Below are positions 49,650 through 57,312 of a stretch of 64,000 nt of DNA, piece by piece (position 1 is the first letter of the stretch; each line of letters begins with the position of its first letter). A program made the translations under genes and the position numbers. The stretch is from contig CAZZHA010000001.1 of NCBI GenBank assembly GCA_964653685.1, positions 5,794 to 69,793 on the forward strand, in the 5' to 3' direction. The notes beneath the pieces are model-generated. The model ran no database searches. It had not been told where the DNA came from and saw nothing but the letters and a program-made list of their open reading frames with translations. This DNA comes from an uncultured Gammaproteobacteria bacterium. Its GTDB lineage: Bacteria; Patescibacteriota; Microgenomatia; PFEM01; JAHIFH01.

Positions 49650-50505
49650 TGTCTTTTGCCTCCTCAACTGGTTCTTCTTTTGTTTTTTTCTCTTTTTCCT
49701 CCACTGATTTTTCCTCCTGACCTGATTGTGGTTTGGCTTCAGTTTCTCCAGCAGCTACCAAAGCTTCTTTGGCTTCTTCTTCTCGCCGCAAACGTTCAGT
49801 TCGCTGCTCCTCGGTTTCTTCAATCTCCTTTTTACCTACCTCCATTAAAGGCACAAAACGCTTGGTCTTGCCCGTTTTGGTAATAATCAAAAGCCCGTTT
49901 TGGGCGCCTGGCACCAATCCTTTGATTAATAATTCTTCATTTTCCTTATCAATTGCCTGAATTGTCAATCCCTTGACGGCTATTCGAGCATTACCGGCCC
50001 TCCCGGGCATTTTCTTACCTTTATGAACTCTACCAGGAGTGGTGCCTTGACCAATTGAACCTGGTGCTCTTTCTCGATCAGATTGACCATGGGTTCGCGG
50101 TCCACCTTTAAAACCCCAACGCTTCACAACACCGGTAAAACCCTTACCCTTTGACCAACCAGTCACTTTTATCTGGTCGCCTGGCTGAAAAATATCAGCG
50201 ACTTTAAGCCGCTCACCCACTTTAATTTCATCCCCAAGAGGCTTCTCTAATCTAATTTCCCGCAAAAAACGAGGAGCCTTTTCTAATTTAGCTCCTCTTA
50301 AATGTCCTTTTAATGGTTTCTTAATCTTAGTCATCTTTTTTTCTCCCCAGCCGACCTGAACTGCATGATAGCCATCTTTTTTTTCATCTCGAATCTGAAC
50401 CACATAACAAGGTCCAGCCTTAATTCTGGTTACTGGTATCCTGGTGCCATCTTGAGTAAATCTCTGATTGACTTCTTTTTTTATGCCTAAGATTGTGTTT
50501 AACAT
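49642..50505 (-). CDS. rplC: 50S ribosomal protein L3 with roughly 75-aa acidic C-terminal tail (start trimmed to MLNTILG)
   Basis: L3 core FQPGDQIKVTGWSKGKGFTG...; Glu/Lys-rich tail. Confidence 0.9.
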   Translation of the reverse strand: MLNTILGIKKEVNQRFTQDGTRIPVTRIKAGPCYVVQIRDEKKDGYHAVQVGWGEKKMTKIKKPLKGHLRGAKLEKAPRFLREIRLEKPLGDEIKVGERLKVADIFQPGDQIKVTGWSKGKGFTGVVKRWGFKGGPRTHGQSDRERAPGSIGQGTTPGRVHKGKKMPGRAGNARIAVKGLTIQAIDKENEELLIKGLVPGAQNGLLIITKTGKTKRFVPLMEVGKKEIEETEEQRTERLRREEEAKEALVAAGETEAKPQSGQEEKSVEEKEKKTKEEPVEEAKDNG

Positions 50506-50510
50506 TTTGA

Positions 50511-50537
50511 CCACCAAAAAGAGTGCCGGAGGCACTC
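50511..50537 (-). promoter_or_regulatory. leader hairpin + U-run immediately upstream of the rplC RBS (possible attenuator/autoregulatory site)
   Basis: Minus strand GAGUGCC-UCCG-GCACUC followed by UUUUUGGUGG then ATG. Confidence 0.4.
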
Positions 50538-50605
50538 TTAGGGTTACTCCATTAACTAAATTAGTTTACTTTCAATAGGTGTTTAACCTCACCTCCATTA
50601 GCAAA

Positions 50606-50634
50606 TATTATAGAAAAATTCAGGATAAAAAGCA
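50606..50634 (-). promoter_or_regulatory. sigma70-type promoter for rplC-led operon (TTGCTT-17-TATAAT)
   Basis: Perfect -10 and 17-nt spacer read on minus strand, roughly 100 nt upstream of rplC start. Confidence 0.6.
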
Positions 50635-50668
50635 AGCTGATTTTATTGTGAGTAAAATTAGAGCTAAT

Positions 50669-50962
50669 TTAATCAATTCCCCAGAATTTCTTCTCGCCCT
50701 CTTCATCTGGACCAATGAATTTCAGTTGTAAAAAATCCTTTAAGTCACTAATAAAATGGCCAATGCCAAAAGAAAAAGATAATTGTCCTAAAAGATGCTG
50801 ATAAAAAAATAAACCAAGCAGCATTAACATCACCCCATAAATCCAATGATGAGGAGCCCAAGTGGGATTATTAAGTTTCATATTAAGATAATAATGGCTC
50901 CATCTTCCAAGTAGATATCCTATTAAAGCAGCAATGACGAAAAAGAGGATTTTCCAGATCAT
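50669..50962 (-). CDS. hypothetical small membrane protein
   Basis: 3 predicted TM segments; no family recognised. Confidence 0.4.
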   Translation of the reverse strand: MIWKILFFVIAALIGYLLGRWSHYYLNMKLNNPTWAPHHWIYGVMLMLLGLFFYQHLLGQLSFSFGIGHFISDLKDFLQLKFIGPDEEGEKKFWGID

Positions 50963-50990
50963 TTTCTTAATTCTACCAAACCAAACGATA

Positions 50991-51017
50991 TTGACCTTTT
51001 AATTTTTCTGCTATAAT
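50991..51017 (+). promoter_or_regulatory. promoter for 51030 gene (TTGACC-15-TGCTATAAT), 12-nt leader
   Basis: Hexamers by eye; no SD before ATG. Confidence 0.4.
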
Positions 51018-51029
51018 TATTTACATTAT

Positions 51030-51590
51030 ATGCTGGTTAAAAAAATTATTCTCATTATCCTTGCTTTAGGAGCAGTTGGTACCTTAAGTTTTTTTCTTCT
51101 TAATAAAAATAGTTTGCCAGAGGTTACTCAGCAGGTTGGGATGGAAAAAGAAAATCTCGATGACCAATGGTTAACCTATACCAATGATTCTTATCAATAC
51201 GAAATTAAGTATCACCGTGACTGGCACAAGCAGGAAGAAAATGAACCACCCTACCCTCCGCCACCTGCGGGAATGAACTTCAGCCGGCGTTGGCTTGAAC
51301 CACTAGAGGTTTGTGATTTTCAGATTTCATCAAGCGATATCGTTGATAATTTTGAAGGGGAAATTGAGAGTCTCTCCCAAGACACTAATAAGCAAATGTC
51401 TCAAGCAGTAATCGCTGGCCAAAAGGCAACCAAGTTCGTTAGTTCAACCGAAAACCAATTAGTTGAGAGCTATTACCTAACTTATAAAAGAAATTCATTT
51501 AATTTGGGATTTAATATTCTCCGAGGGGAACACTTTAATACCTGTCAACAGGTCTTTAACCAAATGATTGCTTCTTTTAAGCTTTTATAG
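51030..51590 (+). CDS. hypothetical membrane-anchored secreted protein
   Basis: N-terminal TM; PPYPPPP stretch; no family recognised. Confidence 0.4.
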   Translation: MLVKKIILIILALGAVGTLSFFLLNKNSLPEVTQQVGMEKENLDDQWLTYTNDSYQYEIKYHRDWHKQEENEPPYPPPPAGMNFSRRWLEPLEVCDFQISSSDIVDNFEGEIESLSQDTNKQMSQAVIAGQKATKFVSSTENQLVESYYLTYKRNSFNLGFNILRGEHFNTCQQVFNQMIASFKLL

Positions 51591-52272
51591 CTTTTATTAA
51601 TAATCTTGTTGGCATTGAAGAATATTTCTTATAGTCTTTTTTATTCTTTTTAGCCTTTTTACCCACAGGGGTGGGTTCTTCAACACTTAACAGTTCAAAA
51701 CCAAAACTCATAATCGTGTTTATATAGTCAGAAAACTTTTTCGGGTGATATTTAATTTCTGTTCCCCAAGGTGTTTTCTCTATCTTTGCTTTATTACTAA
51801 AGTATTCTGAATGATTACTAACAAACCGAAGTGGATGAATAGTAATAAAAAATAGATATCCTCCTTTTGCTAACCATCTAGAAATACTCTCCATTGTTTT
51901 CTTAAAATCCTTTTGACTTAAATAATTAAAAGTCATATTACTTACGACAAGGTCTAAGCTTTCATTCCGTAGTTTTAAATTAGACAAGTTTGCCTGTATA
52001 AACCTTATATTGGGAAAAGAATTTCGGGCGATATTTAGCATATCAGGACTTATGTCAGTTCCGATAAGATTTTTTTCCCTCACTCCCAAATCAAGAAGTA
52101 GTTTTATTGTTCTTCCAGTTCCACACCCAGCATCAAGAACTCGCATCTTACTTTCCAATATTGGTTTTAAATGCCTTTCCATTGCTGGTTTTTCTACAAA
52201 TTTCCAACTAAATGATTTCTCTGAAAACTGAATATATTTAGCAGCTTGCACACCTGAGTATTTTACTTTCAT
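51577..52272 (-). CDS. class I SAM-dependent methyltransferase
   Basis: Motif I VLDAGCGTGRT; motif post-I DISPDML. Confidence 0.8.
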   Translation of the reverse strand: MKVKYSGVQAAKYIQFSEKSFSWKFVEKPAMERHLKPILESKMRVLDAGCGTGRTIKLLLDLGVREKNLIGTDISPDMLNIARNSFPNIRFIQANLSNLKLRNESLDLVVSNMTFNYLSQKDFKKTMESISRWLAKGGYLFFITIHPLRFVSNHSEYFSNKAKIEKTPWGTEIKYHPKKFSDYINTIMSFGFELLSVEEPTPVGKKAKKNKKDYKKYSSMPTRLLIKAIKA

Positions 52273-52339
52273 GGGGAGTCAATTATATCACTAGCTATGT
52301 AAATACAAAAACCCAGTAAATCGGGCTTTTCTATCCCTG

Positions 52340-52367
52340 ACTCCCTATCGTGGACGAAGTTAGAACT
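52340..52367. repeat. conserved 28-bp upstream motif, copy 1 (ACTCCCTATCGTGGACGAAGTTAGAACT)
   Basis: 22/28 identical to copy at 54027-54054; lies 50 nt from TGATATAAT -10 of the methyltransferase gene. Confidence 0.7.
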
Positions 52368-52377
52368 GGTTTGAGCT

Positions 52378-52800
52378 TTAAATGCTAAGAATATAAATAC
52401 TTAATATTGCTAAAACAAGCCCTGTTATTTTTATTAATGTCAGTCTTTCGCCAAAAAATAGCAGACCAATGATCGCCGAAAAAATAATTGTAGAAATTGA
52501 CAAAAGAGGTAATCCAAGGCTAATAGGAGCCTTCTTTTGATACATCAAAAAATAAAGAAGGCTGCCAAAAGCACTAAAAATTCCTGCTAAACAAGCCAGT
52601 TTTACTCCTTTTGAGGTAATGGTTATTTCTTGACCAGTTGTTTTGAAAATAAAAATTAACCCCAAAGTAATTATTGCTGAGGCGACTGAGAGAGAAATTG
52701 ACCCAACAAGAGCATGTAGATGATTGCTGCTCAATTTAAGAAAAGCGTTGTAGATGGCAAAGAAAAAACCAGCGGCTATGCCAAAAATTACCCAATTCAT
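52378..52800 (-). CDS. EamA/SMR-like 4-TM small membrane protein (DMT superfamily half-unit)
   Basis: 140 aa, four TM helices, EamA-like spacing. Confidence 0.5.
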   Translation of the reverse strand: MNWVIFGIAAGFFFAIYNAFLKLSSNHLHALVGSISLSVASAIITLGLIFIFKTTGQEITITSKGVKLACLAGIFSAFGSLLYFLMYQKKAPISLGLPLLSISTIIFSAIIGLLFFGERLTLIKITGLVLAILSIYILSI

Positions 52801-52810
52801 GTTTTCATTA

Positions 52811-52845
52811 TACCAAACAAAAAAAGCCCATTAGCTTGGGCTTTC
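52811..52845 (-). terminator. intrinsic terminator (AAAGCCCA-AGCUAA-UGGGCUUU + U7)
   Basis: Perfect 8-bp stem then UUUUUUUGUUUGG on minus strand; immediately followed by TGGTATAAT and the EamA-like ATG. Confidence 0.7.
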
Positions 52846-52934
52846 TGAAATTAGTTCGGCCAATAAAGCCATTTACAAACTCCAAATGTAAATTGGTCCA
52901 ACCAAAAACCTTTTGCTGGGAAACCAATTTTAAA

Positions 52935-53426
52935 TCACGATCCGGCTATTTTTGTCAATTTGATAACCGTAACGACTCCATTCTTTTCATTTCCCTGAAC
53001 CCTGGCCATAGAACCAAGCTCTAATTTGCTTTTATCACAAACTTCTTCCCCACTACCCAAATCACATTTACTTGAGGCATTAAAGGCGAGATTAGCTGTG
53101 TTAGCTGGCCGACCGGGTGATTCGTAAAGCAAAACCCAATTACCAGTTTGCCTTTCGGCATTAGCATCCCAATCAGTTAAATTGCCTGTCTTATCAAAAT
53201 TCTCGACCAAAACCGGCTGGCTATCTGATTCGTCAAGGTCTTGTTCAGCCTCTTCTATTGGAGCACTTGTCTCTTCGGAACTACTACCAGTGGGTAATTG
53301 AATTCCTGGCAAATTTATTGGTTTCTTGATTATTTTTGCCCCACCATAAACGACTATGGCTCCTACCACCAAAAGAATAATCAAAATTAACAAAGCCGCT
53401 CCTTGTTCGTTTTTTGATTTTCTCAT
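52935..53426 (-). CDS. hypothetical secreted protein
   Basis: N-terminal TM/signal; SD AGGGGGTGAGG; acidic linker. Confidence 0.45.
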   Translation of the reverse strand: MRKSKNEQGAALLILIILLVVGAIVVYGGAKIIKKPINLPGIQLPTGSSSEETSAPIEEAEQDLDESDSQPVLVENFDKTGNLTDWDANAERQTGNWVLLYESPGRPANTANLAFNASSKCDLGSGEEVCDKSKLELGSMARVQGNEKNGVVTVIKLTKIAGS

Positions 53427-53469
53427 CTTTCCTCACCCCCTTTCTTTTTCCTTTAAAAGGTTCCTAATT

Positions 53470-53494
53470 CTCTCCTGTGGATAAAGTTAGAACT
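53470..53494. repeat. upstream motif, degenerate copy 2 (CTCTCCTGTGGATAAAGTTAGAACT)
   Basis: 3' half GTGGA..AAGTTAGAACT matches copy 1 at 16/18. Confidence 0.5.
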
Positions 53495-53961
53495 TACTCA
53501 CTAATTTTCTTTTCTAGACAAATATCTATCTCTAAGTACCCATTACTACGATAAAAATCCAAGGCTTCTCTATTTTCCACATAGCAATTAAGATATATTT
53601 TCTGGAAACCTTCTCGCTTTGCCCAATCTGTTATGGTGTCTAATATTTTTTTACCGATTCCTTGTTTCTTTTTTTCAGGTATTACTCCTAGATTATCAAT
53701 TTCAAAATACCTACTTTTACGATATGATACTTCTTTTTCTTCGCCATTCGCGTATCCAATCATCTGTCCATCCTCTTCAGCGATCAAAAAACACCCCTTT
53801 CTACTTCTAATTGCTTCTTTGAAATATTTCTCTCCCTGAGGGGTATAGGCAAAGTCCTCAACAGCATCTTCGTCATATTCAGAATTATTCATGAAGATTT
53901 GCTTATTCAATTTTTTTACGGCTGGTAAATCGCGGATCGTTGCTTTCCGGATAGTTATCAC
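53494..53961 (-). CDS. GNAT family N-acetyltransferase (GTG start)
   Basis: Acetyl-CoA motif A: VIPEKKKQGIGKKIL; GNAT beta strands. Confidence 0.8.
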   Translation of the reverse strand: MITIRKATIRDLPAVKKLNKQIFMNNSEYDEDAVEDFAYTPQGEKYFKEAIRSRKGCFLIAEEDGQMIGYANGEEKEVSYRKSRYFEIDNLGVIPEKKKQGIGKKILDTITDWAKREGFQKIYLNCYVENREALDFYRSNGYLEIDICLEKKISE

Positions 53962-54026
53962 AATTGAATTATATCAAAAGTGGTTCAACAATTTTTATCT
54001 GAAGTAGAACATCTATCTTCAAACTT

Positions 54027-54054
54027 ACTCCCTATCGTGGGCGATGTTCAGACT
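54027..54054. repeat. conserved 28-bp upstream motif, copy 3 (ACTCCCTATCGTGGGCGATGTTCAGACT)
   Basis: 51 nt from TGATATAAT -10 of the GNAT gene. Confidence 0.7.
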
Positions 54055-54252
54055 AGTTGGGAACAAATTTAAGCAAGAAAAATCTAATAAATGAAACCAA
54101 AGATACTTGTTCGCAGAATCACTCGGGAAGAGAGTGATTAGAGCTGGATAAATGACCGGACAAAAATTTATCATATGTTGATATAGTTATAAATAGTCTC
54201 CGCAGGAAGTCTCACTTCAGGTTTAGGAGTTTGATAGTAAGTGGTTTGTTAT

Positions 54253-55827
54253 TTATTTAAATATTTCTCTAAGAAAGCTAAGGATTTTTTGCCAAAAGGT
54301 TAGTTTTGTTTCAGACAAAGGAGTAATTATTGGTTCTGGATTTGAAGTAATTTGTGGTGTGGGACTTGGTTGTTGTTCTATTTTTTCTTTAATCAGTTCT
54401 GTTGTCTGACCCAAGACTTCATTTTCCGAGGTTGTCTTTTTAGCTACAGCCAATTTTTCAGTTTTGGCAGAAATGTAATTAGACCACCTTCCCGGAGCGC
54501 AGCCGTTGCCGGCTCTGATTGTAAAATAATAGGTAGTGCTTGGGGCAAGAGCTTTTATAGTGTAGTTGACTACTCCAATCTTTTGAGCGGAATTAAATTG
54601 GGTGCCAAAACGCCAGTCGCCTTCCTTATAACCATAGGCAATAAAATAATAGGAAACATAATCGGTAACCGGCATAAAATATAAAGTGGCGGAATTTTCA
54701 GTGGTATCAATTTGAAATAATTTTGGCGCAGTTAAAGGCGGCCAATCTCCACAACCAAGGGCAGAAGTAGAACTTGTAGAAGTAGAACCGGTATCTTCTG
54801 CTACCGTAAAAGTAGTGAAATGGGCAGCCGTAAAAGTAACTAAATGAGTCGTTCGGTTATAACTTAATCCGGACACAATGCCACCAGTATCAGTTTGTCC
54901 ATCAACTAATATTTTTGGGCTGTTTAGGGTAATACTATACATCGTTAAAGAAGCTTGGGTATCGGTTAAATCTTTAATGAGGTCAGCGTCAAGGCTGATT
55001 ACTCCCTGGGAAATGCTTAATTTGCTGTCTAATGATTGCATCCAGGTCAAAGCATCGCGATCAGTGAAATTCATCTCCGCCAAAAAAGTTATTTTGCCAA
55101 TGTTTTCTCCACCTTCACTTTTCAGGAAATATAATCCGGAGATACGGGAAAAGTCGCCTTGATCGCCTAAGTTTGTGGCTACACCTTCATTGGTCATTTG
55201 TGTAGTAATAGTACTGATTGTTGGACATTCACCAGAACCTGGGTTGCACCATCCGCGAGTAGGAGAAGCGGCCGAATTCCAGGTTTGTTCATCTAAGTTG
55301 TAATAGGCAGATTTGCCTTGTTCTATGGTAACGCCAGTGGCGTCACTCGGATCAGCACCAGGATCACAAGTTTCGCTACCGTACTTTACGGCATAAACAC
55401 TATTGCTCTCATCTCTGAAAATTACCAAACAGGCGCCATCATCAGGGATACGAGTGTCATTATCGGTCGCGAAAGTCAAAAAACCGCCGCGGGGGACGCT
55501 CCCACTTAAATCTTGTGAATAGAAATAAGTGTAGTTTGGTTCTGTACCCTGATAAATTACCAATCTCCACCCGGAAAGACTAAGAGCTGTGTCCTGATCA
55601 GGATTTAGCAGCTCAATCCATTCTTCGCCGCCAGCACTAGGCTGCGCTACAAACTCGTCAATCATTACCACAGGATCACCATTTGCCCTTACCGGAGAAA
55701 TTCTTACGACAACGGCAAAAAAAGAGAAACAAAGAAGAAGCAGAAAAACAAAAACTAGTTTTTTCATCACTAAAAACATTTTTACCTTTTTTGATAAAAA
55801 TGTCAACATCTTATCCATCCACCACAT
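54253..55827 (-). CDS. secreted lamin-tail-domain (LTD) + fibronectin type III surface protein (likely true start M21, about 55767)
   Basis: LTD signature EFVAQPSAGGEEWIELLNP...LSLSGWRL; C-terminal FN3-like region. Confidence 0.55.
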   Translation of the reverse strand: MWWMDKMLTFLSKKVKMFLVMKKLVFVFLLLLCFSFFAVVVRISPVRANGDPVVMIDEFVAQPSAGGEEWIELLNPDQDTALSLSGWRLVIYQGTEPNYTYFYSQDLSGSVPRGGFLTFATDNDTRIPDDGACLVIFRDESNSVYAVKYGSETCDPGADPSDATGVTIEQGKSAYYNLDEQTWNSAASPTRGWCNPGSGECPTISTITTQMTNEGVATNLGDQGDFSRISGLYFLKSEGGENIGKITFLAEMNFTDRDALTWMQSLDSKLSISQGVISLDADLIKDLTDTQASLTMYSITLNSPKILVDGQTDTGGIVSGLSYNRTTHLVTFTAAHFTTFTVAEDTGSTSTSSTSALGCGDWPPLTAPKLFQIDTTENSATLYFMPVTDYVSYYFIAYGYKEGDWRFGTQFNSAQKIGVVNYTIKALAPSTTYYFTIRAGNGCAPGRWSNYISAKTEKLAVAKKTTSENEVLGQTTELIKEKIEQQPSPTPQITSNPEPIITPLSETKLTFWQKILSFLREIFK

Positions 55828-56105
55828 ATTGGAATTATTAGGGTAATCAGTTTACCAAAGTCATAAAGGAACCCAGAACCACTGTCTGTCTGGGTCGCTT
55901 TGATCTGAAAGGGAGTGATTTTAATAAGCTTGTCTAAGAAATCAGCCAACGTTCTTGAAAAATGACTCTTGTAGATGTAGGAGAAAGTAAATTCAGAAAT
56001 GATATCAATGTCAGTAAGAATATACCTCTTGATTCCATGTTCGAATCTAACATTTGAAGTTGCGAAGAATATTTAAATTTGCTTAACTTATATTAGAGTT
56101 AGAAA

Positions 56106-57272
56106 ATGATGAAAATAATTACAGATAAATTAACCGCCCTGAAGAAAATAAAGCTATCCAAACTCCATTTAATACTCATAGCTTTGGGCTTATTGGTTTT
56201 ACTAGGTACAATCTCTGCTATTTATTTACAGAAAAGGCAACAAGGTTTCTTAAGAGAGGGGTCTGGACAACCACAGGGTTGGGGACAAAGACCGGGAGGA
56301 GCTCAGGATCTCGGCGAACCGCCATCGACCTCTCTCAAACCGCGTTGGAGTGGTTCTATTCCCAAACCCCCCAAAGAAAAGATTACCTACTACAAAGGCA
56401 TTTGGGGTGCGACATGGATTTATCCGGAAGAACATTCCAATCTTAAACCTGAACCTGAAAAATACCGCGGTTGGGGAGTGAATATTATTAATATCTCCCC
56501 AGGTTTTGAAATTAACAAAAACGGCGAGGTGCGCTACCCTTTGGACTTCCCTACTTATGAAGATATGGATGCCAGGATTGGCGAAATTGCCGAAATGTTT
56601 TACAAAGAAGATATTTATTTGGCCATGACGATTCAGGTTCATTATAAAGAAGAGTTTGTCCGCGGGGCCGAATGGGGCGGAGAAACGGCTTATATACCCA
56701 AGGAAAAGACACAAATTCCTGGATATTTCAAAAATTTTGACAATATTGTTGTTGATATGGCCAAAATCGCCCAAAAATATCACTTGGAATTGTTTTCGCC
56801 GTTAGGTGAACCGGAGAATGTATTTTACGATCCTAAATTAGCTTCCGATTGGAGTCAACAGGTTCTGCCCAAGGTTAAGAAATACTACAAAGGTAAAGTT
56901 TATTACAAGGGTGATTTACACAAAGGAGAGGGGGACAATATGAACTTCAGAGGCTATGATGTTTTAGGAATTATGCCTCACCCGGCTGAGTTAGCGTATA
57001 ATTTTAAGGCTCTCCGAGAAAAAGTGGTTATCAATATGGACAAAGGTCTGGCTTGGGCCAAAAGAGATGGAGTAAATGAGGTAGTCGTAGCCGAACATGG
57101 ATATGAAGGAGGGGGCAAGATGTGGCCTGCAGAAAACTTCGATATCCTCTTGGAAGAAAGCAGTAAAAGATTAAACGGGATTTTTTTAAGCGATCCATTT
57201 CCAACAGTTCTAAAAACAAAACAAGGTGAGCAAATTATCTCTGTGATGAAAAGGTGGTTTTCCTCCAAGTAA
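56106..57272 (+). CDS. hypothetical membrane-anchored secreted protein, possibly glycoside-hydrolase-like
   Basis: N-terminal TM; large extracytoplasmic domain; weak GEP/EHG motifs only. Confidence 0.35.
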   Translation: MMKIITDKLTALKKIKLSKLHLILIALGLLVLLGTISAIYLQKRQQGFLREGSGQPQGWGQRPGGAQDLGEPPSTSLKPRWSGSIPKPPKEKITYYKGIWGATWIYPEEHSNLKPEPEKYRGWGVNIINISPGFEINKNGEVRYPLDFPTYEDMDARIGEIAEMFYKEDIYLAMTIQVHYKEEFVRGAEWGGETAYIPKEKTQIPGYFKNFDNIVVDMAKIAQKYHLELFSPLGEPENVFYDPKLASDWSQQVLPKVKKYYKGKVYYKGDLHKGEGDNMNFRGYDVLGIMPHPAELAYNFKALREKVVINMDKGLAWAKRDGVNEVVVAEHGYEGGGKMWPAENFDILLEESSKRLNGIFLSDPFPTVLKTKQGEQIISVMKRWFSSK

Positions 57273-57312
57273 CCAGTCTGCTCCGCGGGCAAGACTCGAA
57301 CTAACATTAAAC

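Noticed and set aside
46603-50535. Long N-terminal extensions given in the ORF track for rpsC, rplB, rplD, rplC, rpsG, rpmC, rplF
   Set aside because: The extensions run into the upstream gene and are Lys/Arg-rich read-through of the neighbour's 3' end. Conserved N-termini (MGQKINP, MARKQKK, MAKVDLY, MLNTILG, MRGKKAP, MKNKEKQ, MSRIGQQP) define the real starts.
52340-54054. Integron-like attC array interpretation of the three intergenic repeats (cassette-sized ORFs, GNAT/SMR-like cargo, GTTAGAAC core resembling GTTRRRY)
   Set aside because: The repeats are upstream (promoter-proximal, fixed spacing to -10) rather than downstream of ORFs. No paired inverted R''/L''...L'/R' structure is present within each spacer. 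No intI-like tyrosine recombinase or attI is in the window.
50506-57312. Calling the rpsJ|rplC island a mobile element or prophage
   Set aside because: No integrase, transposase, phage structural genes, direct-repeat borders or tRNA attachment site. Kept as an accessory island finding only.
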